A stretch of 64,000 nt of DNA from Saccostrea cucullata (GCF_032062105.1 NW_026932625.1:62001-126000), one strand, 5' to 3'; shown: positions 25,701 to 37,935, numbered from the stretch's first letter. Notes: generated from the letters alone by a model not told the origin. A program made the numbers and translations.

Positions 25701-27984
25701 CCCATTTGATCCCCCAGGGCAAAATCAAAATTCCAAAACCTTACTGCACATCTACATGACCCCACCAAACATCTCCCAAAAGCTGGTTAGGCTACTGAGT
25801 AAAATGTAGAAGGAGTTCAGGGAAGACGGGGCTTTTTGGACAAAAAACGTCATTTTTCGACCCCCATTTGACCCCCTGGGGCAAAATCAAAATTCCGAAA
25901 GCTTACTGCACATCTACATGACCCCACCAACCATCTCCCAAAAGCTGGTTAGGCTACTGAGTAAAATGTAGAAGGAGTTCAGGGAAGACGGGGCTTTTTG
26001 GACAAAAAACGTCATTTTTCGACCCCCATTTGACCCCCCGGGGCAAAATCGAAATTCCAAAACCTTACTGCACATCTACATGACCCCAACAACCATCTCC
26101 CAAAAGCTGGTTAGGCTACTGAGTAAAATGTAAGAGGAGTTCAGGGAAGACGGAGCTTTTTGCTTAAAAAACGTCATTTTTCGACCCCCATTTGACCCCC
26201 TGGGGCAAAATCAAAATTCCGAAAGCTTACTGCACATCTACATGACCCCACCAACCATCTCCCAAAAGCTGGTTAGGCTACTGAGTAAAATGTAGAAGGA
26301 GTTCAGGGAAGACGGGGCTTTTTGGACAAAAAACGTCATTTTTCGACCCCCATTTGACCCCCCGGGGCAAAATCGAAAATCCAAAACCTTACTGCACATC
26401 TACATGACCCCACCAACCATCTCCCAAAAGCTGGTTAGGCTACTGAGTAAAATGTAGAAGGAGTTCAGGGAAGACGGAGCTTTTTGCTTAAAAAACGTCA
26501 TTTTTCGACCCCCATTTGACCCCCTGGGGCAAATTCAAAATTCCGAAACCTTACTGCACATCTACATGACCCCACCAACCATCTCCCAAAACCTGGTTAG
26601 GCTACTGAGTAAAATGTAGAAGGAGTTCAGGGAAGACGGGGCTTTTTGGACAAAAAACGTCATTTTTCGACCCCCATTTGACCCCCCGGGGCAAAATCGA
26701 AATTCCAAAACCTTACTGCACATCTACATGACCCCACAAACCATCTCCCAAAAGATGATTAAGCTACTTTGTAAAATGTAGGAGGAGTTCAGGGAAGAAA
26801 AGTGTGACAGACGGACGGACGGACGGACATGAGTAACAACAATATACCCGAACTTTCTTTAGAGAGTGCGGGTATAAAGAACCAAATTCGAATCTAGAAA
26901 GAAAATGGTGAAATAAGTACCAAGCCGTCGTTTCTTTTTTATGTCCTCCTCTACTTCTTCTTTTTCTATTTCCTCATCCTCTTCCTCTTCATCGGGATCA
27001 AATGAGAGACTGGCAATCTGAAAATTATGTAATGATCATTTAAAAGAGCATATTACCCTACAAGTATTTTAAAAATGCAGATTTAGCATATGAAAAGTCA
27101 TTTCTCAATGTGTACCTAACTGCCTACCATTAGAAGTTGCAATCCATTACATTCTTGTATCACATGCATGGTTGCACCAGAAGGAGATGATTTTTAATTT
27201 AGATGCAATGATTTCAATGTAAATTTCAGAAAATAACACTTTTTTACCTTCTGTTGTTCTTTTCTCTTCTTTCTCTCCTTCTCTTTCTCTATGAGTCGGG
27301 CCTGAGCATCTTTCTTGGCTAACTGTGACTGTCTCTTTTTAATCACATCTTCCTGCTTTGCTTTCATTTCATCCAGAGTTACAAGACCTAACACAAAATC
27401 ATTTTATCATTATAACTTACTCAACTTAATTAAAAATGTATTTAATTACTGTAAACCAACTATTATTCACGATTCATCAGTTTGAAACCAATCCACATAA
27501 CATTCGCAAGTTAAAGTACAACTCATGAAACTCGCAAATATTTCTTGCGTGCTAATTAAAGTTCACCTTATTTTCGCGAGATAGTCATTGACACTTGATA
27601 AGCGAGACAAAATTTTCACGAATTGTGGTTATTGCTCTATATTATCTTATGGAATACTATTGTACGCGAGAACTTATTTTTCGTGATCACACTGTCTCGC
27701 GTAATTATGCAAAAATAAATTTCTCGCGAATAAAAAGTGATTTACAGTATATGTATTTTATTTCTAGGCAGAACCATAGAATGTGACTTACCTATGGTAT
27801 TAGACTTGAGTTGTTGTTCCACTGCGTCATAATGAGAAGCAAACTTATTCTGTATGCTGCCGATCTTCAGTTCGTCCTCGATCTTACGTTTCCGAGTCTC
27901 TATCTCCTCTTGTTCTTTCTGACGTTTTTTCATTAAAATCTGGGCTCTTCCACCCTCTGATGCTGCCCCCTTGTAATGTGCCAT
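16800..27984 (-). CDS. FAM50A: Protein FAM50 homolog (XAP5 / spliceosome-associated)
   Basis: Exons 27984-27792, 27387-27248, 27017-26921, 20462-20393, 17310-16800: [14 protein letters not shown]...[13 protein letters not shown]...[35 protein letters not shown]...[10 protein letters not shown]...[22 protein letters not shown], the hallmark XAP5 motifs. Confidence 0.95.
18152..19455 (-). mobile_element. 5'-truncated, frameshifted non-LTR retrotransposon (RTEX/L2-like ORF2 3' part)
   Basis: ORFs 18908-19459 ([14 protein letters not shown]; RT thumb) and 18247-18852 (KLRISAH.L.IE.GRY...C..C......HF...C; C-terminal zinc finger). 3' tail AATAAATGAATTGAAT. Confidence 0.85.
19500..20274. mobile_element. 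Non-autonomous DNA transposon, CA...TG termini, 6-bp TSD
   Basis: TIR CAGAGCTCCAGATAA / TTACCTGGAGCTCTG. TSD GGAAAC at 19494-19499 and 20275-20280. Confidence 0.8.
22661..23733 (-). mobile_element. Mariner-family transposon relic
   Basis: TIR CGAGGGTTGTTCGAAAAGTTCGTGGACGG at both ends with TA TSD. Decayed N-terminal transposase on minus (EQCAVM*FC..GKTPFET; DRRLVVRD; [11 protein letters not shown], resembling the HTH and WVPK regions). Confidence 0.85.
23864..24739 (+). mobile_element. HINE-type element with ~146-bp tandem units
   Basis: 5' hairpin GCCCGG...CCGGGC, (TGTC/TGTT)n microsatellite, repeated CATAACTTTTGAACC...AAGGTCAATGACCTTGTGACC units, 3' end CACAAACACATCTTGTT. Confidence 0.8.
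25280..26877 (+). repeat. ~140-bp tandem array ending in (GGAC)n plus hairpin (HINE 3' end; the element may start near 20598)
   Basis: About 10 units of GGAGTTCAGGGAAGACGG...CTGCACATCTACATGACCCCACCAACCATCTCCC. Terminal ATACCCG...CGGGTAT. Confidence 0.85.
27447..27749. mobile_element. TA-flanked CTGTA...TACAG MITE (related copy at 45497-45708)
   Basis: CACCTTATTTTCGCGAGATAG...AAAAGTGATTTACAGTA is shared with 45497-45708. Confidence 0.6.
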
Positions 27985-29223
27985 TTTTCTTCTTAACACA
28001 ATCTCTCACTCTATTAAATACAATATATACAGTATTCTCTCTTCCCGTAAACTGGAGTTATCGTTCTCAACACAAGTTATCTTTCCTAATAGCAGGTATT
28101 GTAAAATTTCCGGTATTAAATGAGGTAGAAGAATGTTGTAAAAGACATTGTCTAAATGTTGTTTTTTTAATTCAGCTTTCTTTTCCAGGCCAAGTGTTAG
28201 AAGGTCGTCCCTTGGACAAATGTAATGGAAATATGCACATTAATAAATATCAAGGTTTGACCGAACTATTTAAGTTGTACAATCGCTAATGAATTAATTA
28301 ATATAATATGTAACTTGTAAGCGGATGGTGTTGGAAACAAAACTCGGGAAAATGATAGTCTCTGGAAATAGGTGGAACATGTCGCTTCATTGATTGCTTA
28401 TCACATTTTCAAGATATATTACTATTCTACATAGCAGGCATGTAGTCGAAGCATCGCTCTTCAAAGTAAAGAAGGGGGCATTGAAAAGGCAAATTAAAAA
28501 AAAGACAACAACAAGAATATTAAAATGAATTTTGAAAACTGTTTCAGGAAACCTGAAAACTATTAAAAAAAAAAAAAAAAAGAAGAAGAAAAAAATTTCG
28601 TGTGGGAAGGTGGGGGGGTGTCCTATATGTTCTCAATCGTTTTCCGTAAAAGAAAATCCAGTGCAATGCCATACTACATTAATAGTGCGGAGGGGAAGGA
28701 GGACCTGCAAACCTGCCTAAGAATGAGAACTTCCATAGCTTAACTCTGTAATAAGCAGCAAATGACCTGTTATTGCTGGTGGGGGGGGCACTTTGGATTT
28801 GCACACTGGATATATAGAAAAGATAAAGATAAAGCTTCTCATTGATATGTAATAGTGTGGGGAAAACTTTTGATTTTTAAGCAGTATTCCTGATTGACGT
28901 GCATATTTATGCATGATGTGAGGATAAAGTACAGGAAATCATTATCTGATTCTTGTCGGAAAGTTAGTAATTTTCATTTCGTAGTTAAACTTGAATGAGC
29001 AGGGTACAAATATTAAAGTTATTGATATACCTGTAATTGAAAATATTTTTTTTTACACTCAAACAAGGTATGACATACACTTGTATATACCGGTGTGTAA
29101 TTGTACCTCTTGAACCATAAACTGAACTGGCTCTAGCTTATGATTAGTGTCCTACATGTACCTTAGTGAATTAGTTGTTACTGTGCCTATTTCATGAAGG
29201 GTGGTAGGGAGTTTGTTTCCGAC

Positions 29224-29344
29224 TTTTTAGGTCACCTGAGTAAACTCAGATGACCTATTGCCATCTGTTTTCATCCGTCGTCGTGCGTCGTGCGTTGTGC
29301 GTTAACATTTGAACATTTTCATCTTCTTCTCTGCAACCACTGAA

Positions 29345-29375
<31 letters not shown>

Positions 29376-31136
29376 TATGGGTGAAGGGGAACAAAAATTG
29401 TGAATTTCATAATCCCTGCCCCCCTGGGGCCTGAGGGGTGGGGCCAAAACCACTAAAATTAGTGCAATCTTTGAAAATCTTCTTCTTTACTCCTGGACAT
29501 CAAGCAGTCAAACTGTTGGCATGATTGTAATCAGCATTGAGTCCTCTACCAAAATTGTGAAATTCATGGCCCTGGGGTCAGGGGTTCTAGTGCTAGGGTG
29601 GGGCTAAATAAGTATATAGGGAAAATGCATTATTTCTTTGAAAGTCTTCTCCTCTGCTCCTGGGTATTAAATAAACCAACTAAGTGCATAGTTATAATGA
29701 GCAATAGTGCCTCTACCTAAATTGTGAATTTCATGGCCCCAGGGTCAGGGGTTCTGGTGTTAGGGTGGGGCTCTATAGATTATATAGTGAAAATACATGA
29801 ATTCTTTGAAAATTTTCTTCTCTGCTCCTAGGTATTAAATAAACAACTAAGTGCATAGTTATGATGAGCAAGGGTGCCTCTACCAAAATTGTGAATTTTA
29901 TGGCCCCAGGGTCAGGGGTTCTGGTGTTAGGGCGGGGCTCTATAGATTATATAGAGAAAATACATGAATTCTTTGAAAATCTTCTTTTCTGCTCCTAGGT
30001 ATTAAAAGAATAAACTAAGTGCATAGTTATGATGAGCAAGAGCGCCTCTACCAAAATTGTGAAATTTATGGCCCCAGGGTCAGGGGTTCTGGTGTTAGGT
30101 TGGGGCTCTATAGATTATATAGTGAAAATACATGAATTCTTTGAAAATCTTCTCTGTTCCTAGGTATTAAATAAACTAACTAAGTGCATAGTTATGATGA
30201 GCAAGAGTGCCTCTACCAAAACTGTGAATTTTATGGCCCCAGGGTCAGCGGTTCTGGTGTTAGGGCCAGGCCTCTATTGATTATATAGTGAAAATACATG
30301 AATTCTTTGAAAATTTTCTTCTCTGCCCCTAAGTATTAAATAAACTAACTAAGTGCATAGTTATGATGAGCAAGAGTGCCTCTACCAAAATTGTGAATTT
30401 TATGGCCCCAGGGTCAGGGGTTCTGGTGTTAGGGCGGGGCTCTATTGATTATATAGTGAAAATACATGGATTCTTTGATTTTTTTTCTCTTCTCCTAGGT
30501 ATTAATTAAACTAACTAAGTATATAGTAATGATGAACAAGAATGCGTATTCCAAAATTATGAATTTTATGGCCCCAGGGTCGGGTTTCTGGTGTTAGGGC
30601 GGGGCTCTATTGATTTTATAGTGAAATTCTAATAAATTCTTTGAAAATTTTCCTTTCTAGGTATTAAGCAGGTGAACATACCTATATAGTTATGATGAGC
30701 AAGGGTCCTAATCTTCCAGAATTGTGAATTTCAAGGCCCCTGGGTCAGGGGTACCATAGACAGGGGGGTACTTATATACTAAAAATGAATGAATTGTTTG
30801 AAATCTGCTCCTTGGTATTAATCAAATATTTTTGAAAAGCAAGGATGCCTTTTTAAAAATTATGCAATGTTTGGATCTAGGCCTAAGGGTCAGGGGTTCA
30901 TGTGTGAAAGGGGCACTACTGATTAGTTGACATGCATTTTTTGCTCCTCTACCCTGCCTTTGGGTATTCAGTAACCAAACTAAGCAACTGCTAAGTGTAT
31001 TGTTATAATGATCAATGGTGCCTCTTTCAAAATTGTGAATGCCATAGCATCTGGCTTAAAACATGAATCAAATTCAGTCACTGGAAAGTTGTTGCATAAT
31101 GCTCAGGTGACCTATAAGGCCCATGGGCCTCTTGTT
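29224..31136 (+). mobile_element. HINE-type element with ~165-bp tandem units
   Basis: 5' TTTTTAGGTCACCTGAG...CTCAGATGACC, GTC/GTGC microsatellite, repeated GGCCCCAGGGTCAGGGGTTCTGGTGTTAGGG units, 3' CTCAGGTGACC...GGCCCATGGGCCTCTTGTT. Confidence 0.85.
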
Positions 31137-31443
31137 ATTAAAAGAGAACTATTCGAATATCTGAACATTAGACTGCAAAAAAAAAAACAAAAAAAAAATG
31201 TGTGGGCGGTTTTCAATGAATATTTTCATAATAAATTAACAATAAAACATATTCCGAGAAAAAAAGGGGGGTTCTTAATTCGTGTTCTATACAATGCATC
31301 CATAATATAAACAAAAATGGCATTTCAGTAAAAATATTTCCATTCAAATATGAATGTAGAACATTTGAAAATATTTCTGTTTTTGATATTTTCTTTTCGC
31401 AGCATCATTAGGAACTTGTATATTTAATTGCAGAATGCTTACT

Positions 31444-32294
31444 CACACTTGCCAACCTCCAGCATGTAAAAATCTGGTCATGACCAGATTTGGAAAGTAA
31501 AAAATCTGGTCATAACGCGTAATGACATTCACGACATATTTACCATGATTAAATTCTATACATATATATACAAAGTATTTGTGTATTGAGAATTCTTTTA
31601 TTGAAAAAGGATTGAATTTACTATGACAAAAAATTCATACATAATTTGATTTAATTTACATGTTAAAAATGAGAACTGAAGGTTTCATATTTCAGTATTG
31701 ACCTGAAGTAAGTGTGCATTTTTTTTTTTAAACCTTTTCAGTTTCTGCTAAATTTGAAAGTATACCAATTTCAATTTTGAAGTTATTTTCCCTCTCTCTT
31801 AAACTACTGCAATATGTTTTAAATGTGAACTTAGGCCTACACTGTCTTTGATCACTTCATTTTATCTAGAATGAAAGTTTTTTGCCAAGATTCCTTGATA
31901 TGTACATAAATATCGTTGCTCTTTTTTTTGGTTCAATCAGAGACATGTGTTTGGTTCAGTTTGTTCCTGTTGGCCCTGATAACGATCTAGTTCTATCGGA
32001 AGCCATTTTAATTGACTTCAAACATTGATTTGTCAAAACAACACCCAGTTAATTGTTTACACCTGCACTGATAATTAATCCATCGGCACTGTTTACGTAG
32101 ATCTAAGCTTGGGTTGTTACTGGAAGTTAAAAGTGCAACCTAATTTACGAACCAAATCCGGAAATCGGGAGATTTTCGGGTTGTTCGGCAAAAATCGGGT
32201 GATAAGCATGACCCGCCGGGTCATCAAAAATAATCGGGTTACGGGTTGAAAAATCGGGTGTGACCCGACGAAATCGGGTGAGTTGGCAACTATG
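31444..32294. mobile_element. Non-autonomous DNA transposon, CA...TG termini, 6-bp TSD
   Basis: CACACTTGCCAAC / GTTGGCAACTATG. TSD CTTACT on both sides. Subterminal AAATCGGG repeats. Confidence 0.7.
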
Positions 32295-33205
32295 CTTACT
32301 TTTAAAGTTGAGACAGTTTCTTCCTTTTACGTTATGAGTTTCATATTAAATTGTGTGAAGAATATTGCGGAAATTAGATGCCATAAATATTTGACATAAT
32401 TCGCAGAGACATTCAAACACTTTCGTCTCGCATTTCGTTAATATCGTCATTTATTTTTGGCCAAAACTTGGCCAATATGGTTTATGTATTTGACATTAGG
32501 ATTGTAAAATTGTGTGTTTCGGTCAAATCTTAAAATTTGATACAATGTATCAGATCATACATTTTTCCAGAGACGAACTTCGGACTCGCTAGTTTAACTT
32601 TAATGCCTTTAAAAAATTAACATTTTAGACTGATTTAGTCATCTGCGACATTTGCTCTAAAAACGGAAGTTTTGTGATACCTGCTATAAGGAACAGATAA
32701 CTCGTGCTAAAAACGATAACTCGAGTTTACGGGAGGAGATAATTACACAAAGAAATTTTGGAAGACTGGTTATGAGATTTCCTCTGATCATGCTGATAGT
32801 GGGGGAGAAAAGCTCCCTTTTATAATGTTGCTGTGATAATAAAAAAGTAAAGGAGTGGATCTGATCGAGGATTTGATTTTAATCAGATTGCAATAAAAAT
32901 ATGCATTGGGTATCGGTATCGGCACTTTTCAAAAGTTATGTTCTTTGGCTGCCATCACAGTAGCCATGATAGTTTTCTGGTTTGTAACTTTGTCATCTGA
33001 CTGGAAAAATTATGTGCATCTTGTATAATGATTGCCCTAAGATCGATGGGGCTATACCCATTTATCCAAAGATTTTTTTTTAAAACACTGCAGATTTATC
33101 AGAGTACGCCCAAATGTTAAGTAGCATAAAGAGGAGAAATTTCATTGCTTTCCTTTTTGATCTTTGAGTTGTCCCCCGCAAAGGGACATACTTATGGTTA
33201 CTTAC

Positions 33206-36200
33206 TTATGGTATTTTTCCAACACAGGTCCTGTCAAGGTCCTCTTCGTCGGACTCCAAACTTGCTTTGTAACTACTTGGGTGACTACCGGTGTAATCGG
33301 TTTTAAAGTCTACTTTGTAGTTATAGAGCACATCCTGGTCCTTCCAGAAGTTGTCTAGTCTATTCTTGAAAGTATTCAGAGTTTTAGCACTAACAACGTC
33401 CTCTGGTAAGCTATTCCATAGACTGACAGTTCTAACACTGAAGCTGAATTTTCTTATATTGAGTCTCGGTCTCTGTACCAATAGCTTCTTGGAATTCCCT
33501 CTTCCTTGTTCCCTCATAACGTGGTCTCTCCTTAACTTGATAAAGTCTGCTGCTAATGGGTCATACTTTCCACTTGTTATTTTGTACACTTCAATCATAT
33601 CTCCTCGGTGGCGCCTGTACTTCAGCGTTGGTAGTTTTAGTTTCTTCAACCTTTCTTCATAGCTTAATTTTGCCAATCCTGGAATCTGCTTGGTAGCTCT
33701 TCTCTGCACTCCTTCAATCATCTCTATGTGTCTTGATTTGAAAGGGAACCAGACCGAACTCGCATAGTCTAAGTGTGTCCTGACAAGTGTCTTATAAAGA
33801 GGAATGAAAGTTTCTTCATCCAAATGTTGAAACGTTCGCCTTAACATTGCAAAAATAGAGTTTGCCTTTTTCACCTTCTCGCTTATGTGTCTGTCAAAGC
33901 TGAGTTGTTCATCTATGATGACTCCTATGTCTTTTTCCTCTTGTACCTTCTCCAGAGTGCGTCCTAACAGCTCATACTCAAAGTCTTGGTCTGGGTCTTT
34001 CTTCCCAATGTGCATGTGTTTACATTTATCTGGATGGAACTTTAGGAGCCAGGTGTTACTCCATTCTGTTAGTTTCTCAAGATCTCTTTGAAGTGTCATT
34101 TTATCTTCCCTACCCTTAACTATGTTGAAGATTTTCGTGTCGTCGGCAAATAGGTACACAGTAGAGCTCACGATATCAGGGAGATCGTTGATAAATATAA
34201 CGAACATTATCGGCCCAATTACTGACCCCTGCGGAATGCCGGAAGTTACGCTATGCCATTTTGATGTTGCCCCGTTTATGGATACTTGTTGTTTCCTTCC
34301 ACTTAGGTAGTTCCTTATCCAGTCTACAAGTTCTTCCCCTATTCCATATGCTTCCAGTTTCTTAAGCAGTCTGTTATGTGGGACAGTATCAAAGGCCTTT
34401 TGATAGTCCATGTAGATACAGTCAACATCATGTCCACTGTCCAAAGCCTCTGTCCATTCCTCTAATACCCTTAACAGTTGTAGTGAAGTTGATCTACCAC
34501 TGATAAAGCCATATTGTTTAGTTGTAAAGAGGTTGTTGCTTACAAAATGCTCTATTATGTGGTCCCTAACTAGTCTCTCCATGACTTTACACACCACTGA
34601 CGTTAAGCTCACTGGTCGGTAGTTTCCTGCTATCGCCTTGTTTCCTTTTTTAAAGATCGCGCTAATACGTGCTGTTTTCCATTCTTCTGGGACTTTTCTC
34701 TCATCTATCGATTTCCTAAAGATCCTTGCTAGGGGTTCTGCTAATTCCACTCTTAATTCCCTCAATAGCCTTGGATGCATATTGTCTAATCCTGGTGACT
34801 TATCTGGCTTTAACAGGTTCAGTGCTTTGACAATTCCTTCCTCCAATATTCTTAATTCTGTCCACTCCTTCTTGATAGGGCGTTTGTCCAGTTCGGGTAT
34901 GGCTTCCTCAGGTTCTTGTGTAAAAACGCCACTAAAGAAGTCTGCTAAAATGTTTGCTTTCTCTTCGTCCACTTCTGTTTTATTAGACTTTGGATTTTTA
35001 GGGTCTACACACAGTTCCGCGATTCCTTGTCTCGTTTTACTTTTTGAGTTAATATACTGCCATATCTTTTTTGGGTTAGTTTTTGACTCTTGTGCTATAC
35101 TCTTTTCGAATGACTTCCTTGCTTTCCTCACAAACTTTGCCACTTTGTTCCTAGTCCTATTGTACTTTTTCCTTATATTTGGATCCTTGGTAGTCACATA
35201 TTTTCTGCTCAGTGCGTTTTTTTCTTTAATCAAGGTGACAGTTTCTTTGTCCAAGGGCATTTTCGTTTTTCTGCTTGGTCTGATGGTGACTACTGGCACA
35301 TATTTATCCTCTATGTCCTCAATTTTTTGTCGGAATTGACGCCACATCTCGTTTACTGTGCTCTGTGACTCCAGAATGCTTTCCCAATCTGTTTCGCTAA
35401 TTTCCTTCTTCATACCCGCAAAGTTAGCTTTCCTGTAAGTCCTCCTCTTTTTTGGTCCGCTTTTCAGTATTGCACTGCAAACATAATTAAAGCAGATAAC
35501 ACAGTGGTCGCTCTTTCCTAATGGGCTTTGGTATTCCATTTCCTCCACAGCATTTTCATCCTTTGTGATCACAAGATCCAAAATGGTTGGAATGTTCGTT
35601 CCTCTCCACCTTGTTGGTTTTGTGATGGTTTGGAACATGAAGTTGTCCTGCAGACAATCTATGAATTTCTGCTCAGCAGAGTTTTCACTTTTTGTACACA
35701 GTAAATCCCAGTCTATGTTAGGAAAGTTGAAATCTCCCATAATGAGATAGTGTTTGCACTTCATTCTTGAGGCTTCAGTTATCAGGTTTCTTAAACATTC
35801 ATTTTTTTCTTCGGTGTTGTCTGACGGTGACCGATAAATGAGGCCGGCTAGGAAATATTCTGTGCTGTTTATCTTTATTTTCACAAATAGCTGCTCCTCA
35901 AAGGGCGCTGAAAGTTTTGCCTCCTCTGCATAAAGAGAATCATGTACATATAAAAGTAGTCCTCTACCTATGCTGCTTTCAATATTTACATGGAACATCC
36001 TGTATTCCTTCGTCCAATCCATCGTATATTCAGCTGGATTAGGTGCACATGTTGCATTTTTTGCCTTCACTTCTGTTATTCCTATTATCAATGGCTTTGT
36101 GTCCCTTATCCTGACCTGGAACTCATTGAACTTATTTCTAAATTGGTCTGCATTGGTGTAAAAGAACGAAAGTTTGTTTATCACTTTAAAATTATGTACA

Positions 36201-36271
36201 TTATTTACATTCCTCTTTGTATCTTCTATTCTGGATCGTTTACCCTGAGTTTTACCACTTTCCTTGCCCAA
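33206..36271 (-). CDS. LINE ORF2: APE endonuclease + reverse transcriptase
   Basis: Motifs FYTNA, ITE, IYRSP, GDFNFP, SDH (APE) and NYRPVSLTS, KAFDTV, GIPQGS, LFADD (RT); 1021 codons without a stop. The ORF-track start is not an ATG. Confidence 0.95.
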   Translation of the reverse strand: MGKESGKTQGKRSRIEDTKRNVNNVHNFKVINKLSFFYTNADQFRNKFNEFQVRIRDTKPLIIGITEVKAKNATCAPNPAEYTMDWTKEYRMFHVNIESSIGRGLLLYVHDSLYAEEAKLSAPFEEQLFVKIKINSTEYFLAGLIYRSPSDNTEEKNECLRNLITEASRMKCKHYLIMGDFNFPNIDWDLLCTKSENSAEQKFIDCLQDNFMFQTITKPTRWRGTNIPTILDLVITKDENAVEEMEYQSPLGKSDHCVICFNYVCSAILKSGPKKRRTYRKANFAGMKKEISETDWESILESQSTVNEMWRQFRQKIEDIEDKYVPVVTIRPSRKTKMPLDKETVTLIKEKNALSRKYVTTKDPNIRKKYNRTRNKVAKFVRKARKSFEKSIAQESKTNPKKIWQYINSKSKTRQGIAELCVDPKNPKSNKTEVDEEKANILADFFSGVFTQEPEEAIPELDKRPIKKEWTELRILEEGIVKALNLLKPDKSPGLDNMHPRLLRELRVELAEPLARIFRKSIDERKVPEEWKTARISAIFKKGNKAIAGNYRPVSLTSVVCKVMERLVRDHIIEHFVSNNLFTTKQYGFISGRSTSLQLLRVLEEWTEALDSGHDVDCIYMDYQKAFDTVPHNRLLKKLEAYGIGEELVDWIRNYLSGRKQQVSINGATSKWHSVTSGIPQGSVIGPIMFVIFINDLPDIVSSTVYLFADDTKIFNIVKGREDKMTLQRDLEKLTEWSNTWLLKFHPDKCKHMHIGKKDPDQDFEYELLGRTLEKVQEEKDIGVIIDEQLSFDRHISEKVKKANSIFAMLRRTFQHLDEETFIPLYKTLVRTHLDYASSVWFPFKSRHIEMIEGVQRRATKQIPGLAKLSYEERLKKLKLPTLKYRRHRGDMIEVYKITSGKYDPLAADFIKLRRDHVMREQGRGNSKKLLVQRPRLNIRKFSFSVRTVSLWNSLPEDVVSAKTLNTFKNRLDNFWKDQDVLYNYKVDFKTDYTGSHPSSYKASLESDEEDLDRTCVGKIP

Positions 36272-37263
36272 GGTGGACCGCGCACACGGTAATTGAATTC
36301 CCCCGAACCATTTTTATTCAGTTCCTTGGCTTTCATATACAGTTTCTTTTCATTTTCCCTCTCTGTGCGTGTTAAATCATTTGCCAGTCGTACTTCACTG
36401 TATTCAATGTTTTCCCGCAACTTTCCACCTCGTTTAAAGAACTCCACTTTTTTTTCTGGGGTTGAGAAGGTAACGAGCAATGGACGGCGTTTCTTATCTT
36501 TATTAAATTTACCAAGTCTCACTAACTTTATCATGTTTTCCTCTGCGATGTTCACTTCACAGACATCAGCAATTTCTTTCACATGGTCTCTGTCATAGGA
36601 ACGACGTACTTCCTTATTGTCTGAGTCACTTTCCTCTATCCCATAAATGATCATGTTACATTCTCTGTTTTTCCTCTCATTAATTTCACTCAGTACTGCT
36701 GATACTGGCACGGTGTGTTTTCCAGATTCACTCGCAGTCTCGTCCTCTGTATTGGCTTGATTTGATTCTGTTGATTTCTGTATTGCCTCAGAAACTATAT
36801 CCCTCACTTGTTCTTCACTGCATTTCTTCTCTATCTCGTCCTCCAGATACTTAATTCTACTGTCGAACATCTTCATCATGTCTTTACATCTCTCCTCAAT
36901 TTCTCTGTCCACAATGATATTTTTCTCCACTTTTTCTCGGCATGGCACACAGAACCACATGATATCACTACTGTCCATCAGATTGTATTCTTCGACCGAC
37001 TTATCCAAGCACTTAATACAAAAGTGGTCCTTGCATCGTTGGCATTCCAGTAATTTATCACTAGGGTCAGAGAAAGAGTATTTGCACAAATTGCATTTCC
37101 AAATTTCCTCCGTGTCATTTGATCCATTTACAGGTTTATTAGGGGAGTTAGTTCTGGAGTTGTTCCTAGAGTTAGTTGCTGATTTAACAGGTCTACCTCG
37201 TTTCTTCAGTTTGTTTTCCCCGCTTTGGTCGAGTCCGCCATCTTGGATTTGTTTACTAGCCAT
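36226..37263 (-). CDS. LINE ORF1 with PHD finger and coiled coil
   Basis: CxxC...CxxC..HxCxxC...WFCxxC PHD pattern, then NMIIYGIEE...RLGK...RPLLVTF...NDLT typical of CR1 ORF1. Confidence 0.9.
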   Translation of the reverse strand: MASKQIQDGGLDQSGENKLKKRGRPVKSATNSRNNSRTNSPNKPVNGSNDTEEIWKCNLCKYSFSDPSDKLLECQRCKDHFCIKCLDKSVEEYNLMDSSDIMWFCVPCREKVEKNIIVDREIEERCKDMMKMFDSRIKYLEDEIEKKCSEEQVRDIVSEAIQKSTESNQANTEDETASESGKHTVPVSAVLSEINERKNRECNMIIYGIEESDSDNKEVRRSYDRDHVKEIADVCEVNIAEENMIKLVRLGKFNKDKKRRPLLVTFSTPEKKVEFFKRGGKLRENIEYSEVRLANDLTRTERENEKKLYMKAKELNKNGSGEFNYRVRGPPWARKVVKLRVNDPE

Positions 37264-37935
37264 CCTTTGTTGGGTGTTTCGTTAATTTCGTAGGCAGAAT
37301 AGATTTTCTCCACCACAGATTTATTGCAAAACCTACTAAGCACCTCAGAGACTTACCACTACCCTTTCTATGCAATTAGAGCTCTTTGAGTTTGCAGAAA
37401 AATAATTTTTCTCTCCTTTGTTTTTCCAGTCCGTCTACACCGGAAGTCACCGTGTTACATAACTAATGCAAAGTGTGGATTGGACTATTGTCTAAGATTT
37501 TCTACTTGCAATTTTACACATCGATAGCAGCTATAATTCATTTTTTAAACACTTGGATGAAGTGACTCTTTATTACTTCCCTTAAAAACAATACTTGATT
37601 TTTAAAATAGCATAAATTATGACAGAGAAATGAATGTAAGTACCAGTATTTGAGGGTGTATTTGATGTCTCAGCCCCTCTCAACTCAAGCTTTGGTTTTG
37701 TTCTTCCAACAGGAAATCAAATAAGGGTAGTAAACTTAAAAGCGGACACAGTCCTTGATCCGGAAAGTATTTTTAAAAAATATGAATAATTTTTTGTCAT
37801 AACATTAACCACTTAAACAATTAATTAGAGGGAAAAAATGTGAAAGCGATATTTTTCTATTAATTCAAGGTACTACTTAATAACAATTAACAAACCGAAA
37901 GCGAAAGTTGCATATTACACTGAACCCAAGTTTTC

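Larger units (their letters stand above)
33187..37450 (-). mobile_element. Full-length CR1-clade LINE
   Basis: ORF1 and ORF2 both intact. Short 3' tail of CCATAAGTA/TAAG repeats near 33190-33212. The ~190-nt 5' UTR boundary is approximate. Confidence 0.9.

Noticed and set aside
33351-37285. Plus-strand ORFs up to 233 aa overlapping the LINE
   Set aside because: Antisense shadows of ORF1/ORF2 with no independent motifs.
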